Assembly: GCA_029552245.1 (NCBI GenBank)
Contig: JAKPDW010000047.1
Location: 53,935-117,934 of the forward strand
Length of the DNA stretch: 64,000 nucleotides
Direction of reading: 5' to 3'
Origin: Deltaproteobacteria bacterium
GTDB taxonomy: Bacteria; Desulfobacterota; Desulfomonilia; UBA1062
Numbering within the stretch: position 1 is the stretch's first letter; each line of letters starts with the position of its first letter. Positions 1 through 9,257 of this stretch are shown here, piece by piece. Below the pieces are notes generated by a model, which worked only from the letters and a program-made list of their open reading frames with translations, did not search any database and had not been told where the DNA came from. Position numbers and translations under genes: made by a program.

Positions 1-918
1 CCTCCAGCATCTGAACGGGAAACGAACGCGGCACCAACCTCAAGCGGCCGGGTTTAAGATTATCCCGATCCTTGCAGGTTCGCAAGGGGCAGGTTTCTTC
101 ACGGTTCCGCCGGGCATGACCGCTCGACGGACAGGCCGTCACTCCATGCGGCGTCATCTTTCCGCCTGCTCATGGTGTCCCGCGCCCCGAGAGCGGGTTT
201 AAAAGGCCCCATCCCGTGCGGCCGGGCAGGGCCCCCTCTCGTGAACAGGCAAGGAAGCCCGCGCGCCCGAAGGATCCATCCCGACCTCCTCGGCAAGTCG
301 GACAGGGCCGCCCTCACCCTCCATCCATGCCGAGAAAGGCGGCATTCCTCCAAGCACGTGGCAAGGCGGACGCGCCCAGAGAGAAGCGTCCCGCCGGAAG
401 ACACCCCTCAGGACAAGCCCGCACGCGAAAGCACAGCCGGCATACCCGGACGAGGGTCATACTCCCCACATGGCGAGAGAATGGAGCACCTGGCCCGACG
501 GTATACCGGGACGGGGGTCATGCACGTCCTGCCGTGCATGCGTCGAGCTGGACGACCCTAAACACGGACGTCTAAGAGGCCTCTTCCTCCTGGGGGCGTG
601 CCCGTCTCGTCGGCGGGTGTCTCCCTGAGGAACCCCGAGACCCCATGACGTGGATGTACCGGCGTCACGGGGGAGAGCCGAGGCTTCGCGGCGTACGAAC
701 GGCCCTGCAAGGACGAAGTGCTCGGCCCTGGCCCGATGCCCCCCCAACGCCTGTCGACAGGGGGGCACCGCCACGGTTCCATCAGAGAACATCCCCCTCT
801 CTTCGCTCGAAGGGACGGCCCTCACCTCGAGGCCGCCGAAAGAGCAAGCCCGTCCCCCGAGGGGCGGCCTCCAGGGAAAGGGCCGACTCCCCGGCGAGAC
901 CGATGACGGGGGTGGTTC

Positions 919-2133
919 TCAGAAGAAGCGCACCGCGGTCTTGATCGCCTGATACGACCCCTTGGACACGCTCACCTCCAGGAGTTCCCTGTACCTCGTT
1001 ATGGGGAAGGTGTGGGTGAGCATGTCCTCCACGTGGACCCTCGAGGAGGCCACGAGCTCGAGAGCCCGGGAGAAGGCGTGCCTCTTCCCCGATCCGTCCT
1101 CGTTCACGGCGTGCCCGTAGCACCCCTTGAGGGTGAGGAGCTTGAGCCACAGCGGCGTGGGGTCGAAGGTCACCTTGTTGCCGATGCCCACCAGGCTCAC
1201 CGTGCCGAGACCTGAGGTCGCGATGAGGGCCTGCTGGATCGTGTCCGAGTGGCCGACCGTGTCGAACACCTTGTCGAAGCCGCCCTGGAGGATATGCTCC
1301 CCGAGCATGGGCTTGTAGGCCCGTGCGCCGGCCATCTTGACGGCTGCATCCAGGATGCCGGATGCGACCACGTGGTCGGCTCCCGAGCGCCTGGCGTATT
1401 CGCGGTGAAAGGCCGACGGCTCAACCACGGTCACGCTGCAGCCGATGCCGAGGCCGCGTATGGCCTTGACCACCATGGCGCCGATGACCCCGCCGCCGAT
1501 GACAAGGACCGCATCGCCGTCTTTCGGCAGGTTGTCGAGCACCGCCTGGAGCCCCACGGCGAGAGGTTCGGTCAGCACCGCGGATTCGGGGGAAACCCCG
1601 TCCGGCACCCTGAACACCTGGGATGTGTGGGCGACCATGTATTCAGCGAAGCCCCCGCCTATGTCCTTGCATATGCCGGCGAACATGCCGGGAGCGAACG
1701 CCCCCTCGGCGAACCGCTCGCAGTTGCCGGGCCTGCCCGAGGAGCACATGCGGCAGACGGGCGTGAGCCCTCTCGTGACGCAGCTCAAGGACGGGTTGAC
1801 CGTGACGAGGTCGCCCACCTTGCAGTCGTGAACGTCTGCGCCCGTCTCCACCACCTCGCCCGCCAGCTCGTGCCCGAAGATGCACGGGAAGGAGGTGAAG
1901 GGGGAGGCCATGGGGGAATCCTTCACCATGAGGAGGTTGATGTCGCTGCCGCAGAGACCGCAGAGCCTCACCCTGACCTTCACCCACTCGCGCCCCGGCA
2001 GGGCCGGCTCGGGCACGTCCCTGAGGCTCACCGTGGCGAACGGGCCCTCGAAGAAATACTTCCTGTTGAGCCTGCCGAGAACCTGGAGCACGAGGTACTG
2101 GGGTACCGTTATGGAAAAGACCAGCGCCTTCAC
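919..2133 (-). CDS. Zn-dependent alcohol dehydrogenase, MDR superfamily (threonine/sorbitol dehydrogenase-like)
   Basis: 404-aa ORF. Zn-ligand motifs GHELAGEV and CGLCGSD; Rossmann motif VIGGGVIG; overall MDR fold signature. Immediately downstream of, and co-directional with, the ThDP enzyme. Confidence 0.85.
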   Translation of the reverse strand: MKALVFSITVPQYLVLQVLGRLNRKYFFEGPFATVSLRDVPEPALPGREWVKVRVRLCGLCGSDINLLMVKDSPMASPFTSFPCIFGHELAGEVVETGADVHDCKVGDLVTVNPSLSCVTRGLTPVCRMCSSGRPGNCERFAEGAFAPGMFAGICKDIGGGFAEYMVAHTSQVFRVPDGVSPESAVLTEPLAVGLQAVLDNLPKDGDAVLVIGGGVIGAMVVKAIRGLGIGCSVTVVEPSAFHREYARRSGADHVVASGILDAAVKMAGARAYKPMLGEHILQGGFDKVFDTVGHSDTIQQALIATSGLGTVSLVGIGNKVTFDPTPLWLKLLTLKGCYGHAVNEDGSGKRHAFSRALELVASSRVHVEDMLTHTFPITRYRELLEVSVSKGSYQAIKTAVRFF

Positions 2134-2136
2134 GGC

Positions 2137-3807
2137 TCACTCCATCTTGAGGGCCTGGTAGAACAGGGGTGTCGCCGGGCTCGTGGCAGTCGGGTCGGTC
2201 ATGACGTTTACGCAGGCGGGCCTGCCTGACTCGAGGGCGCGCCTGATGGCCGGCACGATCTCCTCGTCCCTCGTCACGAACTCGCCGTGGCCCCCGAGCC
2301 CCTCGACCATCTTCTCGTACCGCCTCTCTCCCAGTTCGGCGCACTGGAGGCGGTCGCAGCCTATGGACAGCTCCTGGCTGTGCTTGATCATGCCCCAGGC
2401 CTGGTCGTTGTTCACGATGACGAGCACCGGGATGTTGTGCCTCACCATGGTATCGAACTCCATGGCGTTGAAACCGAACGACCCGTCACCGTTGAGCACC
2501 ACGACCTTCTTGTCCGGCCTCGCGAGCTTGGCCGCGATGCCGAAGGGGATGCCCGTCCCCAGGCACCCGAGGAGGCCGGAGGAGGTCCCGAGGACGCCGG
2601 CCTTCTCCTTTGAGGTCAGGCCGGTGAGCCCGAAGTAGCTCGTGTCCCCCCCGTCCACCACGTAGAGGGCGTCGTCGCCTATGGCCTCCTGGATCCTTGC
2701 CACCAGCCGTATGGGATGGATCGGGTACGAGGGGCTCGAGCGAAGCCTGAGCTCGGTCTCCAAGAACGAACGGCTCGCCTTCCTGAGCATATCCACCCAC
2801 TCCGAGTGGTCCGCCCTCTTGACGAGCGGCAGGAGCTGGTTGAGCACCGATTGCGCGTCTCCCACGAGCCCCACGTCCGCGGTCCTGTTGCGGTCGATCT
2901 CGGTGGGGTCGATGTCTATGCGCACGACCTTCACGTGGGGGGGGATCACCGCTCCCGACTGCAGGAGCCAGTTGAACCTCACGCCCACGGCCACGAGCAC
3001 GTCCGCCTGGGTGAGCCCGAGCATCAGGCCCGTGTTCCCAACGTCCCAGAGGGAGAGCGGGTGGTTGTCCGCAAGCTCGCCCCTGCCGTTGTTCAAGAGG
3101 ATGAACGGTATGCCGGTCCGTTCCACGAACTGGCCAAGCGCAACTGAGCAGCAGCTCATGCCCACCCCGCTGCCGCCCATGAGGAGGGGTTTCTTCGCCG
3201 CATTGATGACATCCGCGGCCTGCTTGAGGTCCCAGTCGTCCGGGTGGACCGTGAACTTCCTGGCCGGCGCCTTGGGCATCGGCGCCTTTTCCACCGGGAC
3301 CTTCACGTTGAGGATGTCCGGGGGGAGTTCCAGGAACACCGGGCCCGGCCTTCCGCTCGAGGCGTTCCTGAACGCGGCAGCCAGGTACTCGGGAATCCTC
3401 TTCGTGTCGTAGCAGGTGGCCGCCCACTTGGTCACGGGCTTGACCATGTCTATCTGGTTCATCTCCTGGAGCGCGCCCTTGAGGTCATCCCTCAGGGGGT
3501 GCCTGCCGCACAGGACCACGACCGGCGCATTGTCGAGGAAGGCGTTCACGATCCCCGTCAGGGCGTTGGTGAAGCCGGGCCCTGCAGTGACCAGGCACAC
3601 CCCGGGCCTGCCCGTGTATATGGACCAGGCGTGGGCCATCATGGCGCACGCCTGCTCGTGCCTGACGTCTATGGCACGGATCCTGTACTCGGTGAAGCTG
3701 TCGAGGATCGCCTCGATGTGCCCGCCGGAGAGGCAGAAAACCGTGTCCACCTTTTCCACCTCCCTGAGATACTTCCCCACCAGGTGACCGCCCAGGATAT
3801 CGTTCAT
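2137..3807 (-). CDS. Thiamine-diphosphate-dependent enzyme (acetolactate synthase / benzoylformate decarboxylase / sulfoacetaldehyde acetyltransferase-like)
   Basis: 556-aa ORF with three-domain ThDP enzyme layout. ThDP-binding motif GDGSFGFN...NN near the C-terminus; N-terminal Pyr domain (GPGFTNALTG). Substrate not assignable from sequence. Confidence 0.85.
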   Translation of the reverse strand: MNDILGGHLVGKYLREVEKVDTVFCLSGGHIEAILDSFTEYRIRAIDVRHEQACAMMAHAWSIYTGRPGVCLVTAGPGFTNALTGIVNAFLDNAPVVVLCGRHPLRDDLKGALQEMNQIDMVKPVTKWAATCYDTKRIPEYLAAAFRNASSGRPGPVFLELPPDILNVKVPVEKAPMPKAPARKFTVHPDDWDLKQAADVINAAKKPLLMGGSGVGMSCCSVALGQFVERTGIPFILLNNGRGELADNHPLSLWDVGNTGLMLGLTQADVLVAVGVRFNWLLQSGAVIPPHVKVVRIDIDPTEIDRNRTADVGLVGDAQSVLNQLLPLVKRADHSEWVDMLRKASRSFLETELRLRSSPSYPIHPIRLVARIQEAIGDDALYVVDGGDTSYFGLTGLTSKEKAGVLGTSSGLLGCLGTGIPFGIAAKLARPDKKVVVLNGDGSFGFNAMEFDTMVRHNIPVLVIVNNDQAWGMIKHSQELSIGCDRLQCAELGERRYEKMVEGLGGHGEFVTRDEEIVPAIRRALESGRPACVNVMTDPTATSPATPLFYQALKME

Positions 3808-3900
3808 GGGTCATCCTCCCCTGTCATAGTACCTGCGAAATCGTTCATCGTAAGGGCCGCGTCCGTTCGCACGGAAGTCGCGCCGCGGCCGCGTGGGTTG

Positions 3901-4257
3901 CTACATCACGAGCTTCACCGCATCGTTGAACCACTGGATGTAGTAGGCCATCCCCTCCACCCTGAGCTTGCCGGAGGCCGCCGCCATGAAGGTGGCCTCG
4001 TCGCTGCCCGAGAGCATCACCTTGAAGGCCGTGGACGCGTCGCTCCAGACGAGGGCCGCGTCAAAGGCGTGATTGGCGCCCGAGGCCGAGGTCACCCTCC
4101 CCTTGTCGAAGACGAAGAGCCTGCCCCACCTGTTGTCGGAGGTCTTGATGAGGATCCTGAGCTGGATGTTGCCAATGTAGTTCCTGAACGCCTTGTTCGT
4201 CTTCGCCGCCCTGGCGAGCTTGAGGTAGAGCCCGAAAAGAAGTAACGCCAGCTTCAT
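3901..4257 (-). CDS. SCP2 (sterol carrier protein-2)-like small protein with N-terminal hydrophobic segment
   Basis: 118-aa ORF. C-terminal pattern (GKLRVEGMAYYIQWF) resembles the SCP2 lipid-binding fold. Lower local GC; divergent from the tetR-family gene. Confidence 0.45.
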   Translation of the reverse strand: MKLALLLFGLYLKLARAAKTNKAFRNYIGNIQLRILIKTSDNRWGRLFVFDKGRVTSASGANHAFDAALVWSDASTAFKVMLSGSDEATFMAAASGKLRVEGMAYYIQWFNDAVKLVM

Positions 4258-4384
4258 GGAACCCTCCCTGCACGCATTTCAAGAATGCACAGACACTCGC
4301 GGCCCCCCATGCATCAACGCTTCTGACCGCGAATGACCGACCTTGTCATACCATTATACTACCTAGGCCATGCTTGTCAAGCAA

Positions 4385-4404
4385 ATATGAGCAAGAGCTC
4401 ATAT
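4385..4404. promoter_or_regulatory. Candidate TetR operator: perfect 8-bp inverted repeat ATATGAGC-AAGA-GCTCATAT
   Basis: Read directly in the sequence. Lies in the divergent intergenic region about 55 bp upstream of the TetR-family start, and is flanked by an outer GGCCATG...CATGGCC inverted repeat. Confidence 0.4.
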
Positions 4405-4459
4405 ATTGATCCATGGCCTTTCTTGTGGTATGGGTGACCTACGGCGTGGTGGCCAAGCG

Positions 4460-5074
4460 ATGCGTGTCCGAACACCCCAACAGAAGAGGAGCAGGGAGAG
4501 CAAACAACGCATCATGGAGGCCGGTCTCCGTCTCTTCGGCGAAAAGGGTCTGGCAGGGACCAGTTCCAACGAGATCGCCAGGAGAGCCGGGGTATCCATC
4601 GGGACCTTCTACAGTTACTTCAAGGACAAGCGGAGCCTCTTCCTCGCCATCCTCAAGATGCACCTAGACACGTTCGTCACAGGCATCTACCTCGTGGAAC
4701 AACAAGGCGACCCATCCATCGACTCGATCATCAGGGACCACGTACAGAGGGCCTTCGCCATCTTCGACAGGCAGCTCGACTTCCACAGGCAGGCCCTCGT
4801 GATGAAGTTCACGGACCCGGAAGTCAGGAGGCTCTTCGAGGAAGTGGAGGAGAAACAGCTCTCCCTCATCACGGCACTCCTCGAGCGCCACACGAAGCCG
4901 TCGAAAAACAGGGACCTGAAGGTGGTCGCCAAGGTCATCCACGGGGCGGTTGAGAACGCGGCACACGCGGTGAAGTTCCTCGCATCGCCCTTCAAGGAAG
5001 AGCGGTTCACGGAAGAACTCACCTCGATGATCCAGAGCTACGTCGAGGGGCTCACGGAACGCGAGCGGGGATGA
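4460..5074 (+). CDS. TetR/AcrR family transcriptional regulator
   Basis: N-terminal HTH (RIMEAGLRLFGEKGLAGTSSNEIARRAGVSIGTFYSYF). Track ORF 4406..5074 begins at an alternative codon, so start trimmed to the ATG before MRVRTPQQKRS. Confidence 0.85.
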   Translation: MRVRTPQQKRSRESKQRIMEAGLRLFGEKGLAGTSSNEIARRAGVSIGTFYSYFKDKRSLFLAILKMHLDTFVTGIYLVEQQGDPSIDSIIRDHVQRAFAIFDRQLDFHRQALVMKFTDPEVRRLFEEVEEKQLSLITALLERHTKPSKNRDLKVVAKVIHGAVENAAHAVKFLASPFKEERFTEELTSMIQSYVEGLTERERG

Positions 5075-5666
5075 ACGCGCCTGTCGGCGCCCGGCGCCTG
5101 CCACGCGGAGATCACCCTTCTTTACGCTGACGCCAAGCGTATGCGCCGGCCGGCCGATGCGCCGACCGGCGCCGATGAGGGAAGGGATCTCCCTGTGAAG
5201 GCGCCCTCGCAGACTTGAATCCCTCCCCACAAGAGGGGCCTATCCTCAGGGAGAAAGACGCACACGACGCTTCATCGTTCAAGCCCGCGCGAGACAAACC
5301 CCTGCGCAGGCGTGCCCGCCATGGGAGGCTCGCCTGCGAGGGCGACCGGCCACATAGTGGGAGGGACGACCGGGTCCCCAAGGGAAGGCCCCCAAGGCGT
5401 TCGTCGTCCCTGGGCCCGTTGACGATCCTGGCAAATCAGGTGTCGGAGCGACTCGTTGGAAGGCGCCCCGGGCGCCCGCAGTCCCTCCCCGAGGCCGGGC
5501 ACACGTGACGCCAGCAGGACCATGACCTAGGGCACCCTTTCCTTTTCCATCGAGGGCATTATAATGAGGACCCAGGGAAGTCATTGAATCTTGGAATGCA
5601 CCTGCACTGCAGTGAAGGCGGTCATGCATGTGCCTAAACGCGACGATCGGACATCCCTCGGCATGC

Positions 5667-6896
5667 ATGCAGGAGATCCGCGTCCCCGAGGGCGTCCCTC
5701 ATGCCTGGGACGAGCTCCTCGAGACCGCGAGATGCGTCCTGGGCGCATCCTCGGCCTTTATCGTACGTACCGTCGCTCCTCGACTCGAGATCGTCTCCAG
5801 CGCGTCCCCGAAGAAGGCGCAGGGGAGCTCCTTGTCGCTGGCAGCCCGGGTCAGAAGGCAGTGCGAAGAGGCGGCGGCCTCCGGCGAGGTCGTGGTCAGG
5901 ACATCGAGGTCGCACAGGCGCCACGGGCGTGGATCCTCCCCCACCCTGTCGTCCACCATCTCGGCGCCCCTTTCTTGGCCGACCGGCGCCCCGTTCGGGG
6001 CCGTGTGCGTCGTGGGCGTTCAGGGATGTCCTTGCACGAAAGAAGAGCTCGCGGGCATCGTGCGGGCATTCTCGCGTCTCGCAACCCGAATCCTCGAGAA
6101 CGCCCTCTTGTCGGCCGATCTCGAGGCGGCGCTCAGGGAGGTCTCCAGGCTGGCCGAGGAGAGGGAGCGTTTCCTCGGCGTGGCCGCGCACGACATGAAG
6201 AACGCCCTGAACGCCTTCCTCGGCTGCTGCAGGCACCTTCTTCCCGGAGCCGACGAGCTTGACGCGCGCAGGAGAAGGTTCCTCGAGCTGGCGCACAGCT
6301 CGGCAACGACCCTCATCCAGCTCATGGATGAACTCATGGACATCGCGAGGATCGAGAGCGCAGCGAGGGCGCCGTCGAGTTCCACCCCGGACGCCAGGGA
6401 GGTCATCCTCGAATGCATCCACATGCATCGACACCTGGCCGAGGCAAAGGGCATCATGATCGACCTCGTGCTCCCGAAGACCGACATCACGGCGCCCATC
6501 GACAGCACCCTGCTCGCGTGCGTGATGAACAACCTCCTGTCGAATGCCGTGAAGTTCTCACCGAACGGCGCCTCAGTGGTCGTCTCCGTGGAGGTCCAGC
6601 AGGGAAACGTCGTCGTGAGGGTGACCGATCATGGGCCCGGCATCCCGCGGGAGGAACAGCCTCGCCTGTTCAGGCCCTTCCAGAAGGCCAGCCCGAGACC
6701 TTCCGGCGAGGAGACGAGTACGGGGCTCGGCTTGTACATCGCCCGAAGGATCGTCGAGGGCCACGGAGGGAGCATCTGGGTCGAGAGCGAGCCGGGCAAG
6801 GGGGCCACGTTCTCCTTCACCATCTCGAGCTCGTCGTCCACCCGTCCCGCCGGTGCGGAAAAGGAGGGGACGGCCGACCCGGGCGTGCGGCCCTGA
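5667..6896 (+). CDS. Sensor histidine kinase (GAF/PAS-like N-terminus, HisKA + HATPase_c)
   Basis: H-box (FLGVAAHDMKNALNAF), N-box (LLSNAVKFS), G1 (DHGPGI) and G2 (GLGLYI) motifs. No TM segments, so probably cytoplasmic. Confidence 0.8.
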   Translation: MQEIRVPEGVPHAWDELLETARCVLGASSAFIVRTVAPRLEIVSSASPKKAQGSSLSLAARVRRQCEEAAASGEVVVRTSRSHRRHGRGSSPTLSSTISAPLSWPTGAPFGAVCVVGVQGCPCTKEELAGIVRAFSRLATRILENALLSADLEAALREVSRLAEERERFLGVAAHDMKNALNAFLGCCRHLLPGADELDARRRRFLELAHSSATTLIQLMDELMDIARIESAARAPSSSTPDAREVILECIHMHRHLAEAKGIMIDLVLPKTDITAPIDSTLLACVMNNLLSNAVKFSPNGASVVVSVEVQQGNVVVRVTDHGPGIPREEQPRLFRPFQKASPRPSGEETSTGLGLYIARRIVEGHGGSIWVESEPGKGATFSFTISSSSSTRPAGAEKEGTADPGVRP

Positions 6897-7483
6897 CGGG
6901 CATCCTGGTCGAACCCCGCACGTCTGTGGGCGCAAAGACGCCGGCGCTCGCATGAAGCCCGGACCGAGGACATCCATACCACACCCTCCGAAAGGTGGCA
7001 TGTGCCGAAAGTCTTTCGCGGTGATGGTGGCACGGGCCTTTCTCCCCATCACCCATGGCATGCCGGACGAGCCCCCTCACCCTCGAACATCCCGCCGCCT
7101 GACGCCCCTGCCGAAGGAACGGTTCGTCTCCTGGCTCGCACCCGGGCAGCCTCTTCAACGAGGCGAGGGCATCCCCTGACACGACCGGGGCCGACCTTCG
7201 AGACGCCTCATGCATGCAACCGGAAACACGCGACGGATGGCCCCTTGGCTCATGACACCGCCTGCGCGCAGACCACGAGGGGATCGCCTGCGCTATCCCT
7301 TCCCCATGCACGCAAAAGGGGCACCAGGGCGCCCTCGGGCGTCCACGAGGCGAGAGACAAGCCTGCACACGCACCGGTTGCAAACCCGTAACCCACTCTC
7401 GGTCGGGCGGATTCGTCCGAGAAGAACGTTGTGAGTGCATCACGGCACCCCACCTCAGAGCCCCGCGTGAAGGAGGGAGATCC

Positions 7484-8329
7484 ATGAGTATCGGCAGGAA
7501 GTTCATCTCGGCAATCGGCTGCGCCTTCATCGTCTCTCTGTTTCTGTGCCCAGGCGCCTGGGCGGAACGGACCGTGACGGTGGCGCTCGGCGGAGACGTC
7601 TTCCACATGAAGGAGAAGAGTGCGAAGGGCGGCTTCGAAGGGTATGAAATCGACCTGATGAAGGCTGTGGCCCAGGAGGCGGGATTCAAGATCAAGTTCG
7701 TGGAAGTGCCCTGGAAGTCCCTGTTCGACGGCCTCAACGAGGGGAAATACGACGCGGTCATCGCATCCGTGAACATCACGTCCGGGAGGAAGGAACGTTA
7801 CGAGCTCTCCGATCCGTACTTCAGCGCGGCGCAGCTCCTCGTGGTCCCCAGGTCAAAGGTCAACATGAAGCTGAGCGGCAGGAACGTGGGTGTCTTCAGG
7901 CTCTCCGCCGCCGCCGACAGGATCAGGAGATCCGGCGCCAACATCACCTACTACACCGTGCAGGAGACGCCGCAAGCATTCAAGGACCTTCAGAAGGGGA
8001 CGATCGACGCCCTGCTCTGCGACAGCCCCGTGGCCATCGGCTGCACGGCGGGCTCCACGTCATCCTCCCTGTGCATAGCGAGCCTGGACATCCTCGACGC
8101 GAAAGAATGCGTGGAAGAGTACGGCATCGTCTGCAGGAAGGGCAACAGGGAGCTCGTGGAGCTCATCAACAAGGGCCTGGCGTCCGTGAAGGCGAAGAAG
8201 CTCGACAACGAGTTCGCGCTCAGGTGGTTCAAGGGGACCGCTGTCGCGTCCACATCGCAGGGCTCCGGGTCCTTCTTCGCTTCCGAGATCCAGACCGGAC
8301 CCCAGAACTCTCCGGTCTCATCCAAGTAG
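7484..8329 (+). CDS. Periplasmic substrate-binding protein, family 3 (amino-acid ABC-type), with unusual Cys-rich segment
   Basis: Signal peptide (FIVSLFLCPGAWA); SBP_bac_3-like core (GFEGYEIDLMKAVAQEAGF...WKSLFDGLNEGKYDAVIA). Residues about 170-215 carry five Cys, which is atypical. Confidence 0.7.
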   Translation: MSIGRKFISAIGCAFIVSLFLCPGAWAERTVTVALGGDVFHMKEKSAKGGFEGYEIDLMKAVAQEAGFKIKFVEVPWKSLFDGLNEGKYDAVIASVNITSGRKERYELSDPYFSAAQLLVVPRSKVNMKLSGRNVGVFRLSAAADRIRRSGANITYYTVQETPQAFKDLQKGTIDALLCDSPVAIGCTAGSTSSSLCIASLDILDAKECVEEYGIVCRKGNRELVELINKGLASVKAKKLDNEFALRWFKGTAVASTSQGSGSFFASEIQTGPQNSPVSSK

Positions 8330-8403
8330 CCCGCCTTGCCCGAGCCCGCTTAGGGCACCCCCGGGGGGCGTCCCTTGCCCCCCGTCGCGTGGCGCCCTCA
8401 CCG

Positions 8404-8736
8404 TCACGCGCCCGGCCTGGGGGGCCTCACGCAGGCGAGCCCGTCGATGAAATGGCCGATGGCGAGCAGGGGGTGTTCGAACATCATGCGGGGCCCGGCA
8501 TACCGCATGACACGCCTGACCTCTTCCCGCATGCCCCCCTGATAGCAATGGATGGGGCATGCGGCGCAGGTGGGCTTCTTCGCGCCGTAGGGGCAATTTC
8601 GCAGACGTTTCTCGGCGTACTCGCACAACTCCCGGCAGCGGGAACACAAGGCCCCTTTCGACCCGTGACGGTCCCTGCAGTACATTTCGATCATGACCCT
8701 GATGGTCTTTTCCTCGCGCAAGAGACGGCCTTTCAT
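8404..8736 (-). CDS. YgbA-like 'nitrous-oxide-stimulated promoter' family Cys-rich protein
   Basis: Collinear with E. coli YgbA: IEMYCRDRHG...LCSRCRELCEYAEKRLRNCPYG..KPTCAACPIHCY...VMRYAGPRM...HPLLAIGH. Start trimmed to MKGRLL. Confidence 0.8.
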   Translation of the reverse strand: MKGRLLREEKTIRVMIEMYCRDRHGSKGALCSRCRELCEYAEKRLRNCPYGAKKPTCAACPIHCYQGGMREEVRRVMRYAGPRMMFEHPLLAIGHFIDGLACVRPPRPGA

Positions 8737-8870
8737 TCTCCTCACCACTTTCGGGCTCACCGCGGCCAACTGTCGCAGGGTCCGGTATCCTTCACGTCCC
8801 CCACCCTGTCAAGGTGCTCACGGCAACCTCCTCGCCGCCTGCACCCTGCCCCCGGCGGTCGGTCTCCTCT

Positions 8871-8953
8871 ATGCATGCACAAGGGGCGTGAAAAGGACGG
8901 GACGATCACTTCGCGTGCGGCATCCTCCTTCATGCATGCAAACAGGGGTGTGA
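8871..8953. repeat. Two-copy direct repeat ATGCATGCA[C/A]A[A/C]GGGG[C/T]GTGA with 61-bp period
   Basis: Read directly: copies at 8871-8891 and 8932-8953, in the intergenic region between the ygbA-like gene and the MPE-NTase gene. Intervening sequence is unrelated. Confidence 0.4.
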
Positions 8954-9257
8954 TCCCATGCAACAAGACAAACGGCTTTGCCGCCTTCCCCGCCCCTTGT
9001 CGCGTCTTCTTCCCCGGACATGTCATGGGCGGCACCCCGCAGGCGTTTGTCTCACGCCGTGACCCGCCTCCAACGGCACGGACCGCTCCGGCACGAGGCC
9101 GTACCCGCACCGGGCATCGAGGATGAGAGACCCGTTCCGCGTGTATACAGGGCATCGGCGCACCGCTCTCGTGATGCATGGCCAAATCGTTCCAAAAGGT
9201 CTATAAGGAATGCATCAAGTACATCGCTTGCAGGTTCGATAAGAATCACGGGCGAAG

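Noticed and set aside
1-918. Several overlapping 60-130-aa ORFs at the start of the window
   Set aside because: They have no motif content, are Arg/Pro/Gly-rich and mutually overlapping, and are likely non-coding or the tail of a gene outside the window.
6817-7779. 320-aa minus-strand ORF spanning the histidine kinase / SBP intergenic region
   Set aside because: It has a low-complexity Arg/Ser/Pro composition, overlaps the SBP start, and lacks a domain signature.
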